The translations under genes were made by a program, and so were the position numbers. Positions 31,652 to 41,930 of a DNA stretch of 64,000 nt are shown in pieces. Below the pieces are notes generated by a model, which worked only from the letters and a program-made list of their open reading frames with translations, was not told the origin of the DNA and did not search any database. This DNA comes from Clostridia bacterium (GTDB taxonomy: Bacteria > Bacillota > Clostridia > UMGS1883), in contig JBJDXJ010000063.1 in NCBI GenBank assembly GCA_051866635.1, positions 1 to 64,000 of the forward strand, in the 5' to 3' direction. Within the stretch, counting starts at the first letter, position 1, and each line of letters starts with the position of its first letter.

Positions 31652-32251
31652 ATGATAAGAAATCGAGTAGACCTTAAATCCCTTAATTCATTCGGGATAT
31701 GCAAAGCATACGTTGATGAAAATTCCGTAAGTATTAAAGTATATGGTGTGTCAGGCTGTTTAAAGGTATGGCTTACAGGTGATAAAACAGTGGAGCTTGG
31801 CAATGTTGTGGACGGAAGCCTAAAAAAAGAAATTGACACCTCGCCCTTTGAAGGAATTTTGATAACTCAAAGCGGAAGACAAATGTTCTACGGAAAATTT
31901 CGGGAAGACGATAAAACTGAAGTACAACAGCAACCCTCATCATCACCGAAGGCTGAAATTTTTAATTTCAAAGACGGCTACAACTGGCGTGAAATCACCA
32001 CAAAGGAATTTCCCTCTGAAAATCTTTCCGTAAGATACATATTAAGCCATAAATGCTTTTACAGTGCCTTTTTGCTTCACGGCAGATATTTTTACGGCAC
32101 AAAGGAAAACCGCTGTGCAGTTGCCATTGAATGTAATATAAAAAGTGAACCTCATCCCTTTTTACACCTTTCTGCCTATTCAACATACAAGGACGGCTAC
32201 ATGATAGTATGTGTAAATACAGAAAATAAAACCTTTTGCAGTTATGAATAA
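31652..32251 (+). CDS. Hypothetical protein
   Basis: GGGAGAGTG RBS; ATG 31652; FLLHGRYFYG segment; upstream of coat-like genes. Confidence 0.7.
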   Translation: MIRNRVDLKSLNSFGICKAYVDENSVSIKVYGVSGCLKVWLTGDKTVELGNVVDGSLKKEIDTSPFEGILITQSGRQMFYGKFREDDKTEVQQQPSSSPKAEIFNFKDGYNWREITTKEFPSENLSVRYILSHKCFYSAFLLHGRYFYGTKENRCAVAIECNIKSEPHPFLHLSAYSTYKDGYMIVCVNTENKTFCSYE

Positions 32252-32294
32252 TATAAACTAACAGGGAAAGAATAGAAACAGAAAGGATGATTTT

Positions 32295-32480
32295 ATGATT
32301 AATGTATCCGTAAAAGAGTTTCACGCCATAGAAACTCAACTTGAAGCAGAAAAAATACTGATAAATAAATATCGGGATTTTGCCAAATCCGCTACAGAAA
32401 ACAATCTTCGTGACAAATGCTTAAACATTGCATCGGTCCACGAAAAGCACTATAATACATTATTGGGATACCTTAAATAA
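32295..32480 (+). CDS. Small spore-coat-like (ferritin-like helical) protein
   Basis: GAAAGGA RBS; KE..IE.QL..E....KY...A.....L...C..IA..H..HYNTLLGYL pattern. Confidence 0.7.
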   Translation: MINVSVKEFHAIETQLEAEKILINKYRDFAKSATENNLRDKCLNIASVHEKHYNTLLGYLK

Positions 32481-32491
32481 AAGGAGCAGTT

Positions 32492-32734
32492 ATGGATAAA
32501 AATCAATCAATCAAAGAATTTCAGAACAATCAGAAGCACATAGGTTCAAACTACTATTCCTTTGCCAATGAATGTGAAAACCCTAATTTAAGAATTGACT
32601 TTCTCGCTTTCGCACGTGAAGAAAGTGACATTATCACTTGGCTTAATTATGAGCTTGACGAGGGCGAAGTTCCGCCTAAAAATTATGCCCCCGAATTACA
32701 GGTAAAAGAGGCTTATACGAAATATTCACAGTGA
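32492..32734 (+). CDS. Coat F-like spore coat protein
   Basis: AAGGAG RBS; Y..FANECENPNLR..F pattern. Confidence 0.65.
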   Translation: MDKNQSIKEFQNNQKHIGSNYYSFANECENPNLRIDFLAFAREESDIITWLNYELDEGEVPPKNYAPELQVKEAYTKYSQ

Positions 32735-32777
32735 AAACAGCTTGGACGGCATTACCATATGCCATCCAAGCTGTTTT
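32734..32777. terminator. Bidirectional terminator
   Basis: AAAACAGCTTGGACGGCAT...ATGCCATCCAAGCTGTTTT. Confidence 0.8.
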
Positions 32778-32798
32778 TATGTTTTCATGTTTGTATGA

Positions 32799-33998
32799 TT
32801 ATTCCCCAAGGCTGAATTTGAATATAGCCGATTCGTCCTCCCAGTTTTCGTTGGATACCCAGTAAACTGTTTTATCTGTTAAATTATAAACAACAGAATG
32901 TACAGTACAAGTATTTTTATCGTCATTATTCCAGCCTCGCCTGCCAACTGTGGAAAGAAGGGTCATTGCCTCTTTTTCATCCTTTACAACGCCATCTGTT
33001 TCGTTAAGGACTTCATAGAGCCTTTCGTAACGGTCAAGACCTTTCATGTCATCTTCATTTGTGTAATAGTGGGGTTCTAACACAAAATTTGTAATCCACT
33101 GATAATCAGCTTCTTTTTCCCTTTCGCCTATATATCCGTCATTGTCGTTATAATGCACCTTAAGCTCACGCTTTTCTCCGTCGTTATCTGTCTCGTCAGT
33201 GCCTGCTACCCATTCAAGTATGGCACTTTTCCCTGTTGCATCTGCCACCATATAGTGATAAGAAGTATTAGCACTGTCATGAAGGTCATATTCACGAACA
33301 AGACTTACAGCTTCTTCAACGCTGTCTGCATAGTCAAGTATTAATCTTAACATAGTTGTTGATGTTATATCGGGCTTATCCGTGTTCTGATTTGTGGCAA
33401 CAGTTTCCTTACCCTGATATGTCATATAAATACCGCAACTTACGCCTGCATCGTTAATGCCGTCAATGGGTGCGTAAGGTGCTGCAAGGCATGTAATTTT
33501 ATCCATAAGTCCGCCTAAATCACTATTTACATCAATGCCTAAAAACTGTAAATCCACCGTGGAGATTGTGGCGTGTCTGTCACCTTGAGCTTTAGTAAAT
33601 ACAAGACAAGTATTTGTCTTTGAAAAGTCGTAATTTCTGCCGAAAAGTCTCTTTCCGTCAGTTGTCTGTACAGTAAAGGAGGAACAGCCGATTTCGGGGC
33701 TTTCCATGCCCATATCAATAAGACCTTTTGTAATCTTACCTGTTACAAAGTTTATAAGCTCACCGTCGCTTTTCGCACCGCCCTCTGCCAAAAATTCATC
33801 AAAGTAAAATCCGCCCTTAACGTCCATTGTATAAACCGCACCGTCCATATGCTCGTCGTTACGGTCACGCACTTTTTTTATGCTCATAAGTGTTGAAATT
33901 TCTTTTCCCCAAACAGCATAAACTGCTATGCCAAGAATAAGCACAATTGCAATTATTACTATTACTGTGCCGAGTAAAATTTTTTGCCATTTCTGCAT
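32799..33998 (-). CDS. Membrane-anchored linear amide C-N hydrolase (Ntn; choloylglycine hydrolase/NAAA-like)
   Basis: N-terminal TM; GCSSF nucleophile, FGRNYD, DGINDAG, YHYMVADATG, TNF. Confidence 0.88.
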   Translation of the reverse strand: MQKWQKILLGTVIVIIAIVLILGIAVYAVWGKEISTLMSIKKVRDRNDEHMDGAVYTMDVKGGFYFDEFLAEGGAKSDGELINFVTGKITKGLIDMGMESPEIGCSSFTVQTTDGKRLFGRNYDFSKTNTCLVFTKAQGDRHATISTVDLQFLGIDVNSDLGGLMDKITCLAAPYAPIDGINDAGVSCGIYMTYQGKETVATNQNTDKPDITSTTMLRLILDYADSVEEAVSLVREYDLHDSANTSYHYMVADATGKSAILEWVAGTDETDNDGEKRELKVHYNDNDGYIGEREKEADYQWITNFVLEPHYYTNEDDMKGLDRYERLYEVLNETDGVVKDEKEAMTLLSTVGRRGWNNDDKNTCTVHSVVYNLTDKTVYWVSNENWEDESAIFKFSLGE

Positions 33999-34013
33999 AG
34001 AATAAAACCTTTC

Positions 34014-35390
34014 TTATCTTAAAAACATATGAATTAAAAATTCGTTTACTTTTTTAAAGGGCTGATACCTCATAGGTAAATCAATCCATGTTTTTTTGTC
34101 AACAATGCTCTTTTCGTGGCTGAATGTATCAAAACCGTACTTTCCGTGGTATGAACCCATACCGCTCTCACCCATGCCGCCAAATCCCATACGGCTTGTT
34201 GCAAGGTGTATAACAACGTCGTTCACACATCCGCCTCCGAAGGGGCATCGGTTTGTAACTTTTTTAATAACCTTTTTATCCTCAGAGAATATATACAATG
34301 CCAAAGGTGAAGGATGATTATTTACGGTTTCTATCACATCATCTGTATCACTATAGGTCAATATGGGAAGTATGGGTCCGAAAATTTCTTCACCCATAAC
34401 ACTGTCGTCCCAAGTTACATTATCCATAACCGTAGGTTCAATTTTAAGCTTTTCCCTATCACTTTTACCGCCTTTTACAACCTTATCAAAGTCGATAAGA
34501 CTGCAAATTCTGTCAAAATGCTTATTATTTATTATCTTTCCGTAATCGGGGTTTTCAAGGGCATTTCCAAATTGCTTATCAATTTCCTTCTTTAAATTTT
34601 CCAAAAGATTGTCTTTCACATCCTTATGGCAAAGGATATAGTCAGGTGCAACACAGGTCTGCCCCAAGTTTAAATATTTCCCCCACACAATACGCTTTGC
34701 ACTAAGCTTTATATTGGCACTTTTATCCACAATACAAGGGCTTTTGCCACCTAATTCCAGCGTTACGGGCGTAAGATTTTTTGATGCCTTTTCCATAACA
34801 AGTCTGCCTACAGTTTTGCCACCTGTGAAAAATATGTAGTCAAATTTTTGTTCCAAAAGGCTTTTATTTTCTTCTCTGCCTCCATCTACAAATGCAACGT
34901 ATTTTTCATCAAAGGTTCCCTTTATAATTTCGCCTAAAACTTTTGTTGTATAAGGTGAATATGCACTTGGTTTAACAACAGCCGTGTTGCCGGCGGCAAG
35001 TGCATCAACAAGCGGTTCAACAGTTAAAAGGAAAGGGTAATTCCATGGACTCATAATAAGGCATACACCGTAGGGTGACTTTTTAACATAACTTCTTGCG
35101 TGAAACTGTGCAAGAGGTGTCAGTTTTGTTTTGTCCTTAGCAAATTTTTTTATATGGCTTAACATAAAGCTGATTTCGCTAAGCACAAGCCCTGTTTCGC
35201 ACATGTAACCCTCAAAGGCACTTTTTCCCAAGTCCTTTTTTATGGCTTCGTTAATTTTATCGGTATTGTCTTCAATAGCCTTTTTAAGTTTTTTAAGTGC
35301 TTCTATACGGAATTTAACATCCAGCGTTTCGCCCGTTTTAAAATAGGAACGCTGTTTTTCAACGATATTTTTAATTTCTTCCTGGGTCAT
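34014..35390 (-). CDS. Aldehyde dehydrogenase (ALDH3/fatty aldehyde-like)
   Basis: SPWNYP, FFTGG, LELGGKSP, GQTCVAPDY, EEIFGP. Confidence 0.95.
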   Translation of the reverse strand: MTQEEIKNIVEKQRSYFKTGETLDVKFRIEALKKLKKAIEDNTDKINEAIKKDLGKSAFEGYMCETGLVLSEISFMLSHIKKFAKDKTKLTPLAQFHARSYVKKSPYGVCLIMSPWNYPFLLTVEPLVDALAAGNTAVVKPSAYSPYTTKVLGEIIKGTFDEKYVAFVDGGREENKSLLEQKFDYIFFTGGKTVGRLVMEKASKNLTPVTLELGGKSPCIVDKSANIKLSAKRIVWGKYLNLGQTCVAPDYILCHKDVKDNLLENLKKEIDKQFGNALENPDYGKIINNKHFDRICSLIDFDKVVKGGKSDREKLKIEPTVMDNVTWDDSVMGEEIFGPILPILTYSDTDDVIETVNNHPSPLALYIFSEDKKVIKKVTNRCPFGGGCVNDVVIHLATSRMGFGGMGESGMGSYHGKYGFDTFSHEKSIVDKKTWIDLPMRYQPFKKVNEFLIHMFLR

Positions 35391-35392
35391 TA

Positions 35393-36595
35393 TTACACCG
35401 CCTTAACATCAAAATAGAACTTTTCCAAATCCTTTGCATCCATCAGCTTAGGCACAGGGTACAAGGGGTTTGCTTCCTTTGCCGCAAGGTGGGCAAGACG
35501 AGGTATATCCTCTTCTTTAATCCCTTCTATTTTATCGGGAATATTCATGGTTTTGTTCATTTCTTCAATTTTCTTAATGAAAGCCTCTGCACCGTCTTTA
35601 TCGGATGCATTTTTATCAACAATTTTTATAGCTCTTGCAAGCTCTCCAAGCTTTTTATATACACTTTCGCCGTATCCCTTTAATACATAAGGAAGCAGTA
35701 CCGCATTTGCCAAGCCGTGAGGTACACCGTACTCACCACCCAAAGTGTGTGCAACTGCATGGCAGTAACCAACATATGAAGTTGAAAAGGCTCTTCCTGC
35801 CAAAAAGGAGGCATAGAGCATATTTACCCTTGCACTTTTATTTTCAGGATTGTTATACGCTTCAAACAGATTTTCGCATATAAGCTGAAGTGCAAAAATT
35901 GCATCACGTCTTGTTGATTTCGTTGTTGAATTTCCTATATACGCCTCAACCGCATGAGTTAAAGCATCCATACCTGTTGTTGCCACAATATGGGGCGGCA
36001 GAGTAGCCGTAGTTTCAGGGTCATGAACTGCCACACGTGGAATAAGCGGAAAGTCATTAATGGGAACTTTATGATGTGTTTTTTCATCTGTTATAACACT
36101 TGCAAGTGTTACTTCACTGCCTGTACCTGCTGTTGTAGGCACCGCAATAAGAAATGGTATACTTTTTCTTATTTTCAATATACCGCCCATTTTTTGAACA
36201 GGCTGCTTCTTTTTTGCAATGCGGGCACCTACAGCCTTTGCACAGTCAATACTTGAACCTCCGCCTAAACCAATCAATGCCTGACAACCGCTTTTAATAT
36301 AAAGTGCCCTTGCATCTTCCACATTTTCAATTGTGGGATTGGGAACAGTCTTATCAAAAATAACATAGCTTATCTGGTTGGCTTTAAGTGCATTTTCAAG
36401 CTTTTTAAAAGCATCAATACGCCTTACGGTCTTATCGGTGACAATAAGCACATTATTAAAATCCTTTTCACGGAGTATAATAGGTATTTTTTCAATTGTT
36501 TCCGTAATGCGGGGGCTTCTGTAAGGCATAAATGGAATTGCAATTTTAAAAATGTTCTGAAAAGCTCTGTAATATATCTTTTGTAATACGTTCAT
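35393..36595 (-). CDS. Iron-containing alcohol dehydrogenase
   Basis: GGGSSID, PTTAGTGSE, GMDALTHAVEAY, HAVAH, HGLAN. Confidence 0.95.
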   Translation of the reverse strand: MNVLQKIYYRAFQNIFKIAIPFMPYRSPRITETIEKIPIILREKDFNNVLIVTDKTVRRIDAFKKLENALKANQISYVIFDKTVPNPTIENVEDARALYIKSGCQALIGLGGGSSIDCAKAVGARIAKKKQPVQKMGGILKIRKSIPFLIAVPTTAGTGSEVTLASVITDEKTHHKVPINDFPLIPRVAVHDPETTATLPPHIVATTGMDALTHAVEAYIGNSTTKSTRRDAIFALQLICENLFEAYNNPENKSARVNMLYASFLAGRAFSTSYVGYCHAVAHTLGGEYGVPHGLANAVLLPYVLKGYGESVYKKLGELARAIKIVDKNASDKDGAEAFIKKIEEMNKTMNIPDKIEGIKEEDIPRLAHLAAKEANPLYPVPKLMDAKDLEKFYFDVKAV

Positions 36596-36609
36596 ATTCT
36601 TTTCCTTTC

Positions 36610-37038
36610 TCAGCACATTTGTGCCAAATTACTTACTATCTTTTCAAAAGCAGTGTAAAAAATGGCTCTTTCCTGATTTGAAAGCCCTTCCCCTGCTTTT
36701 TGTACAACACGGTTTATCTTGTCATTTATGTCACTTACTACCTTTTTGCCGGCATCTGTCACAAAATAACGTGCCTTATACTTTTTTCCGTCCTCCTGAC
36801 TGACGTAGCCTTTTTCCTTCAAAACAGCAAGAGACTTTGAAACACCTGCCTTGTCCTCCATGCATTTATCACAAAGTTCCACTGCCGTAAGTCCGTCTGA
36901 ATTTTTCCCCAAAAATAAAAGGCACGCCACATTGGACCCTTTTAACCCGTATTCTATCATTTCCTGGGCTTTAATTTTCAAAATATACTTGTATGCCAAT
37001 GTAACCTGACTTGTAAATTCTTCAAACCTATGTATCAT
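36610..37038 (-). CDS. MarR-family transcriptional regulator
   Basis: GGAGG RBS, start MIHRFEEF; winged-helix DKAGVSKSL..L.EKGYV...T..GK. Confidence 0.88.
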   Translation of the reverse strand: MIHRFEEFTSQVTLAYKYILKIKAQEMIEYGLKGSNVACLLFLGKNSDGLTAVELCDKCMEDKAGVSKSLAVLKEKGYVSQEDGKKYKARYFVTDAGKKVVSDINDKINRVVQKAGEGLSNQERAIFYTAFEKIVSNLAQMC

Positions 37039-37054
37039 ACAAAACCTCCTGTCG

Positions 37055-37110
37055 AATTTTGTTGACATCTCAACAAAATTTATTATACCATATTTTTCTC
37101 GATGTGTCAA
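37055..37110 (-). promoter_or_regulatory. Sigma-A promoter with downstream palindromic operator of the MarR operon
   Basis: TTGACA (37110-37105), 17-nt spacer, TATAAT (37087-37082); AATTTTGTTGA-catc-TCAACAAAATT (37055-37080). Confidence 0.8.
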
Positions 37111-37682
37111 TAAAAAAGGTGTAGGCTCATTTGAGAACATTATACTGTGCAAAATCAGGCATGTCCCGGATACAAAATATTTTTTCGTTAAATCTCTTTT
37201 TCAATTTATTTATGCTTATTATAATCAAGACGACAAAAAACAGCTTGGAAAGCGAAAAAGCTCTCCAAGCTATCAGTTAGTTTGATTTATTTAGGATGAT
37301 TTACAATAGATTATCAGGTTTTTTAAGACAATATCTTCAGCCCCTTGTGCTTGCTTTTAGTCAAGGATTATTCGACAGTACGACGTTCCCAAATGGCTTC
37401 CCGTCCCCAAATGAATCCCTCTGTGTTTTAATTATTCAGTTCTTAAAGTAGAGACTTAAGTGAATTGTTCCAATAAGGGATTAACCAAAACCATAGTCGT
37501 CTTGTTTATACCGGCCACAAACGCATCTAAAACGAGCTGTATCACATTTTGTGACTTTTAATGCTAAATTACCTTCCAAAGATTAATGTTTGTCACAAAA
37601 GGTAAAATTTACTCAATTGCAAAACTTTAGTTTTCATACCAAATTTGTCATCAGTTAAGAAAAAGTAGCTGGCAAATCATAA

Positions 37683-37721
37683 AATATGCGGTATAGGGCA
37701 AAAAACTCCATACCGCATATT
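37683..37721 (-). terminator. Terminator of the SLH-protein cluster
   Basis: AATATGCGGTAT...ATACCGCATATT just past the stop at 37725. Confidence 0.75.
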
Positions 37722-37724
37722 TGC

Positions 37725-40700
37725 TTATTCAAATTTGCTTTTACTTTCATAAATACGATTAATCAACAAAATTGCTTGCTCACAAGTCGTATTTCCTAAC
37801 GGTAAAATTTCGTTTGCACCCACGCCTTTCATTATATCGTTATCATAAGCAAATTGAACGGATGGCATTGCCCAACTAGAAATCTTATCATTATCGCTGA
37901 AACTATGATATTGATAATCATTAATATCTACATTTGGATACATAGCATCAACAGCTCTTACAAGCATTGCACAAATTTCCTGCCTTGTAACAAGATTGTA
38001 TGGAGCAAATTTCGTCTTAGAAACACCATTCACAATTCCAAGATTATACGCTTTTAAAATCTCCGGATTGTTGGTATCGTTGAATCTGTTATCTTCTTTT
38101 GAAACGGTTTTACCTGTAGTCCTTTCATACAATTTAACTACTAATTCACAGAACTGTTCTCTTGTGATATTTCTTTGGTAATTTACTTTTACACTATCCG
38201 TTACAAGTCCTGAATTTATGGCTCTTGCTACTTCTGCCTCAGCCCATGTACTCGGAGTAGAGGTCGGGAAATTGGGGAAGTATTTCACAAGTTTTGTCTG
38301 TAAGTCAATAGCAGAAACATATAGTTTACCTCCATATTCGTACACAACCTTATCTAATTCCAATATTCCCGTATCACCCAAAACAGTTTTGTATGAAACT
38401 ACCTTATTGTTATCTTGAAATGCCAAAATATATGATGCACTTCTGATATTTGCAGATTTCTTTTCAGGATAATCAAAATACTCATATCCGTTTGAAACTG
38501 CAACATCCTTTAAAACATAGTAGTCTTTTCCGCTTGGCTTAAATGAAACAGATGACGAAGAAATTGATACCTTTACTGTAACAGAATCGGTATATCCACC
38601 ATCTTCTGTAACAACAGTAACCTTCGTTGTGCCTTCTTTGATTCCAAGAATATCACAGCTTAGACCAACTACCGATACAGTTGCTACGCTACTGTCATCA
38701 ACATACCATTTAACATTTTTGTTCGTTGCATCTGACGGGTTGAGTTTTGCAGTAACTACCGATGAACCACCAGGAGAAAGGCTTATGCTTGAATCCGAAA
38801 GACTTACTGATTTTACAGCGGTTTTACTTGTTTTTCTCGGGTCATTCGGGTCTGTCGGATCACTGCCTCCTTTGTATTCTTCAAGGTTTGTTAATCCATC
38901 CTTATCATCATCGCTGTTTGCAATATCTTTTTCCTCACCTGATTCAGGCCACAAAGAATATTTGTCACAATACCAGTCAGGAATACCATCACCATCGCGG
39001 TCGGCTTCGCTGGTGGTAATTCTTATGACTTCACTGAGTTCAGATTTTGCACCATTTTCTGCAATTGCAACTACCGCAGCATAACCTGTTGCGTTTCTTT
39101 CGCCCAAATCGATGGAATATGAATCACTTCCGGCATAGCGTTTTTCCATAACAACATCTTTATCATTTATTGAACTGAATTTTTTGTCGCTGTAATAGAT
39201 GTTATAATATACAGTATCAGCATTCAGGTCATCAAATGTAAGCTCTACTATACTGTCTCTGTCTTTTGGATTGGTATAATCAAGATTTGTTACAGCCTGC
39301 AGTTCTTCATCAGATGCAAGTTTAGCCATAAGAACATATGTACCATCGCCATCGTAATCACAATAGGCTCTAATATTCATACTTTCTTCTTTTTCTAAAG
39401 TCGTATCCAGTTTTGCCCACACATCATCAACAATTTTAAACCAGGAAATTGTTGAATAATCAATATCTGAACCAATGCTTGCTGTTGATAATAACTCTCC
39501 TTGTGTATTTACTTCATTTGAAGACGAGATTACAAAAGGTAAATTTACACCGAAATACTCATCAAACAATAATTGTTTGTCATATGATGAAATTGTGTAT
39601 GTAGTTTCTTTGTCTGGAATAAAATATGCATGTAATTCATCATATGGCGACTTATATACAACACCATTTGTTGTTGCTGTAATTGAATTTTTAAACAATA
39701 TATTCTCTGCTGATATTGAGTTCGTGGACGTTTCGGCGATAGTCGAACTCACAATATTTGAAGTGTTTCCACTTTCATACCAAATATAATCATCATCAGA
39801 TAACGAAGCAAATCCATAATCAGCTAGTCTATCAGCTTTGGAAATACTATACTTAGACTTATATGAAATATTAAATACATTTTTATACAAATAATCCTCT
39901 GTATCATTTGTATAGGCAACACCTTTTTCTAAAAAATCAGCAAAAACTCTTTCGGCAGATTTTTTATGATTAAAAGAATGCGCTGTATTTATTTCTCTGT
40001 TGTCGTAATCGTTATTTAAATACAAATAATCTCTGTCGCTAGAAATCTCAATATCATTACTTCCGTTTAAAAGATTATTATCCATTAATCCGTAGTCAGA
40101 ATTTGGAGCATCTCGATATGTCAGAGTTTGTCCATTTGAATCAGAATATGTATTTCCCCACATCACTTCGTTACCTTCACCATCTAAGAAAGCACTTAAA
40201 TAGTCATCAAATAGCCCTATTATATAATGTCCTGCTTCATGCGTTGCAACTTTTGACCATTTTTCTGTATCTTCGTCAATATTGTATTCGTTACCGCTGT
40301 AATTAACATACGCAGAGAGTTGAATTCGTTCAAACTCACTATAGTTATTTTCTAAACGTTCTGCAACCTCTTTGCCGAGATTTTTAAATGAACTTAAACT
40401 AGCGTCTATCAGTAAATCGGTATAAAAACCGCCTGTATATGCATTTTGTGTAATATTTAACGGTTTGAACCAATATGTCTTTCCATCGGAATCTACATAC
40501 GACCACTCTCGGGCAGAACCCTTTCTGTCACCGACTATTTTAATATCTGACATATTAGCATAACTTGATGATGAAGTACTACTTGTGAAAAAGCTTTCTA
40601 TTCTATCTGTTTTTCCCAACAAAACTTTATTAACCATTAGGTGTCCATCAGTTGCCTGTGCAAGGTTTTTAGATAAATTACTTGCAAAATTTCTAACACT

Positions 40701-41888
40701 GTTATAATACGTGTTGCTTTCTTTTTCGTTATATTCATCTGATTCATGATAACATATCGCCAAATTCACCAACAATCTTGGTTCGGATAAATGCAATTCC
40801 AGCTCTTTATTTGTCTCACCGATTATTCCATCAGCTAATTTTATCAGTTCAGCACAAAAATCTGCGGAATTAATATTCACGAATTGTCCCTTAGTTGTTT
40901 TAATTAAAGCCTCATAGCCGCTTAAATATCTGCTATTTCCGATTACAGATGTCATTATATTTTCTTCATATAATAAATCGGCAATTTCTTGCATGGAAGA
41001 GTATCCTCTTGTATTATTAACCTTACAACCGGCATCAGTCAAAATAAAAGCAAACTTGTTTGCTGTAGACCGCCAATTCATGCCATCTTGGTAAAGCAAT
41101 GAGTCAAGTGCATCAATCGGAGTTTCATCAAGATCACCACCACCTGCAACTGTAACATTACCTAATGTTTCGATTAATTCATCGGTTGTATTGTGCCATG
41201 GCGAATAATGAATATAGTGACCTTTAGTCGAATTAACCCCATCAACATCTATATCTCTATATTCCACTACGCTCATACGAAGATCTAACCCTTGCTTTTC
41301 AAGATGTTTAGCAAACTCTGTGATGTTATTCTTTACATTATTTATACTTCCGCTCATAGAACTTGTTGTGTCAATTACAAATGCCAAATCTACATCTTTG
41401 CTATTTCCGACAGGAAGTTTTCTACCTAGCCAATTGCCATTGGAATCTATAGTCTCAGAATGCAATTCTAATTGCATTCTCGGTTCATTGTACAAGGAAA
41501 AAAGTGCATCTCTATTACCACCATCTATACCATCGCCAATACCACTTCCACTTGCAACTACTTTTTGAGCTGAAAATGTAAGTTTTGACCGTTCTTCCTC
41601 GCTGTATCCCGACAAATCAAATTCGGCATATCCTTCGCTATCTGTGGTATCAGAGGTTACCCAACTAACATCATCACCTTTCAGACCTTGACCTTTATAC
41701 ATATTTACTGTTGCACCTTTTATCGGCACTCTGTATTTTTCATCATCCGAAGGTGCATCTTTTGGAGTAGCAGTAACCTTAATTTTAACAATGTCATCAT
41801 CACTTTTTGCCGATGCCGTAAAAGTAAAAGCAGAAGTCAATGACAAAATCATACATATTGTTAAAAATAGACTTATAAACTTCTTCAT
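37725..41888 (-). CDS. Cell-surface protein: signal peptide, vWA, CLCA-like zinc metalloprotease, DxDxDG repeats, Big_2, SLH
   Basis: DLAFVIDTTSSM MIDAS; HEAGHYIIGLFDDY; DRDGDGIPD and DDDKDGLTNLEEY..GSDP; PSDATNKNVKW; ITREQF and VTRQEI SLH. Confidence 0.85.
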   Translation of the reverse strand: MKKFISLFLTICMILSLTSAFTFTASAKSDDDIVKIKVTATPKDAPSDDEKYRVPIKGATVNMYKGQGLKGDDVSWVTSDTTDSEGYAEFDLSGYSEEERSKLTFSAQKVVASGSGIGDGIDGGNRDALFSLYNEPRMQLELHSETIDSNGNWLGRKLPVGNSKDVDLAFVIDTTSSMSGSINNVKNNITEFAKHLEKQGLDLRMSVVEYRDIDVDGVNSTKGHYIHYSPWHNTTDELIETLGNVTVAGGGDLDETPIDALDSLLYQDGMNWRSTANKFAFILTDAGCKVNNTRGYSSMQEIADLLYEENIMTSVIGNSRYLSGYEALIKTTKGQFVNINSADFCAELIKLADGIIGETNKELELHLSEPRLLVNLAICYHESDEYNEKESNTYYNSVRNFASNLSKNLAQATDGHLMVNKVLLGKTDRIESFFTSSTSSSSYANMSDIKIVGDRKGSAREWSYVDSDGKTYWFKPLNITQNAYTGGFYTDLLIDASLSSFKNLGKEVAERLENNYSEFERIQLSAYVNYSGNEYNIDEDTEKWSKVATHEAGHYIIGLFDDYLSAFLDGEGNEVMWGNTYSDSNGQTLTYRDAPNSDYGLMDNNLLNGSNDIEISSDRDYLYLNNDYDNREINTAHSFNHKKSAERVFADFLEKGVAYTNDTEDYLYKNVFNISYKSKYSISKADRLADYGFASLSDDDYIWYESGNTSNIVSSTIAETSTNSISAENILFKNSITATTNGVVYKSPYDELHAYFIPDKETTYTISSYDKQLLFDEYFGVNLPFVISSSNEVNTQGELLSTASIGSDIDYSTISWFKIVDDVWAKLDTTLEKEESMNIRAYCDYDGDGTYVLMAKLASDEELQAVTNLDYTNPKDRDSIVELTFDDLNADTVYYNIYYSDKKFSSINDKDVVMEKRYAGSDSYSIDLGERNATGYAAVVAIAENGAKSELSEVIRITTSEADRDGDGIPDWYCDKYSLWPESGEEKDIANSDDDKDGLTNLEEYKGGSDPTDPNDPRKTSKTAVKSVSLSDSSISLSPGGSSVVTAKLNPSDATNKNVKWYVDDSSVATVSVVGLSCDILGIKEGTTKVTVVTEDGGYTDSVTVKVSISSSSVSFKPSGKDYYVLKDVAVSNGYEYFDYPEKKSANIRSASYILAFQDNNKVVSYKTVLGDTGILELDKVVYEYGGKLYVSAIDLQTKLVKYFPNFPTSTPSTWAEAEVARAINSGLVTDSVKVNYQRNITREQFCELVVKLYERTTGKTVSKEDNRFNDTNNPEILKAYNLGIVNGVSKTKFAPYNLVTRQEICAMLVRAVDAMYPNVDINDYQYHSFSDNDKISSWAMPSVQFAYDNDIMKGVGANEILPLGNTTCEQAILLINRIYESKSKFE

Positions 41889-41930
41889 ATATGTCCTCCT
41901 TTTCTTTTAGAATTTTCATTATGCGAAAAC

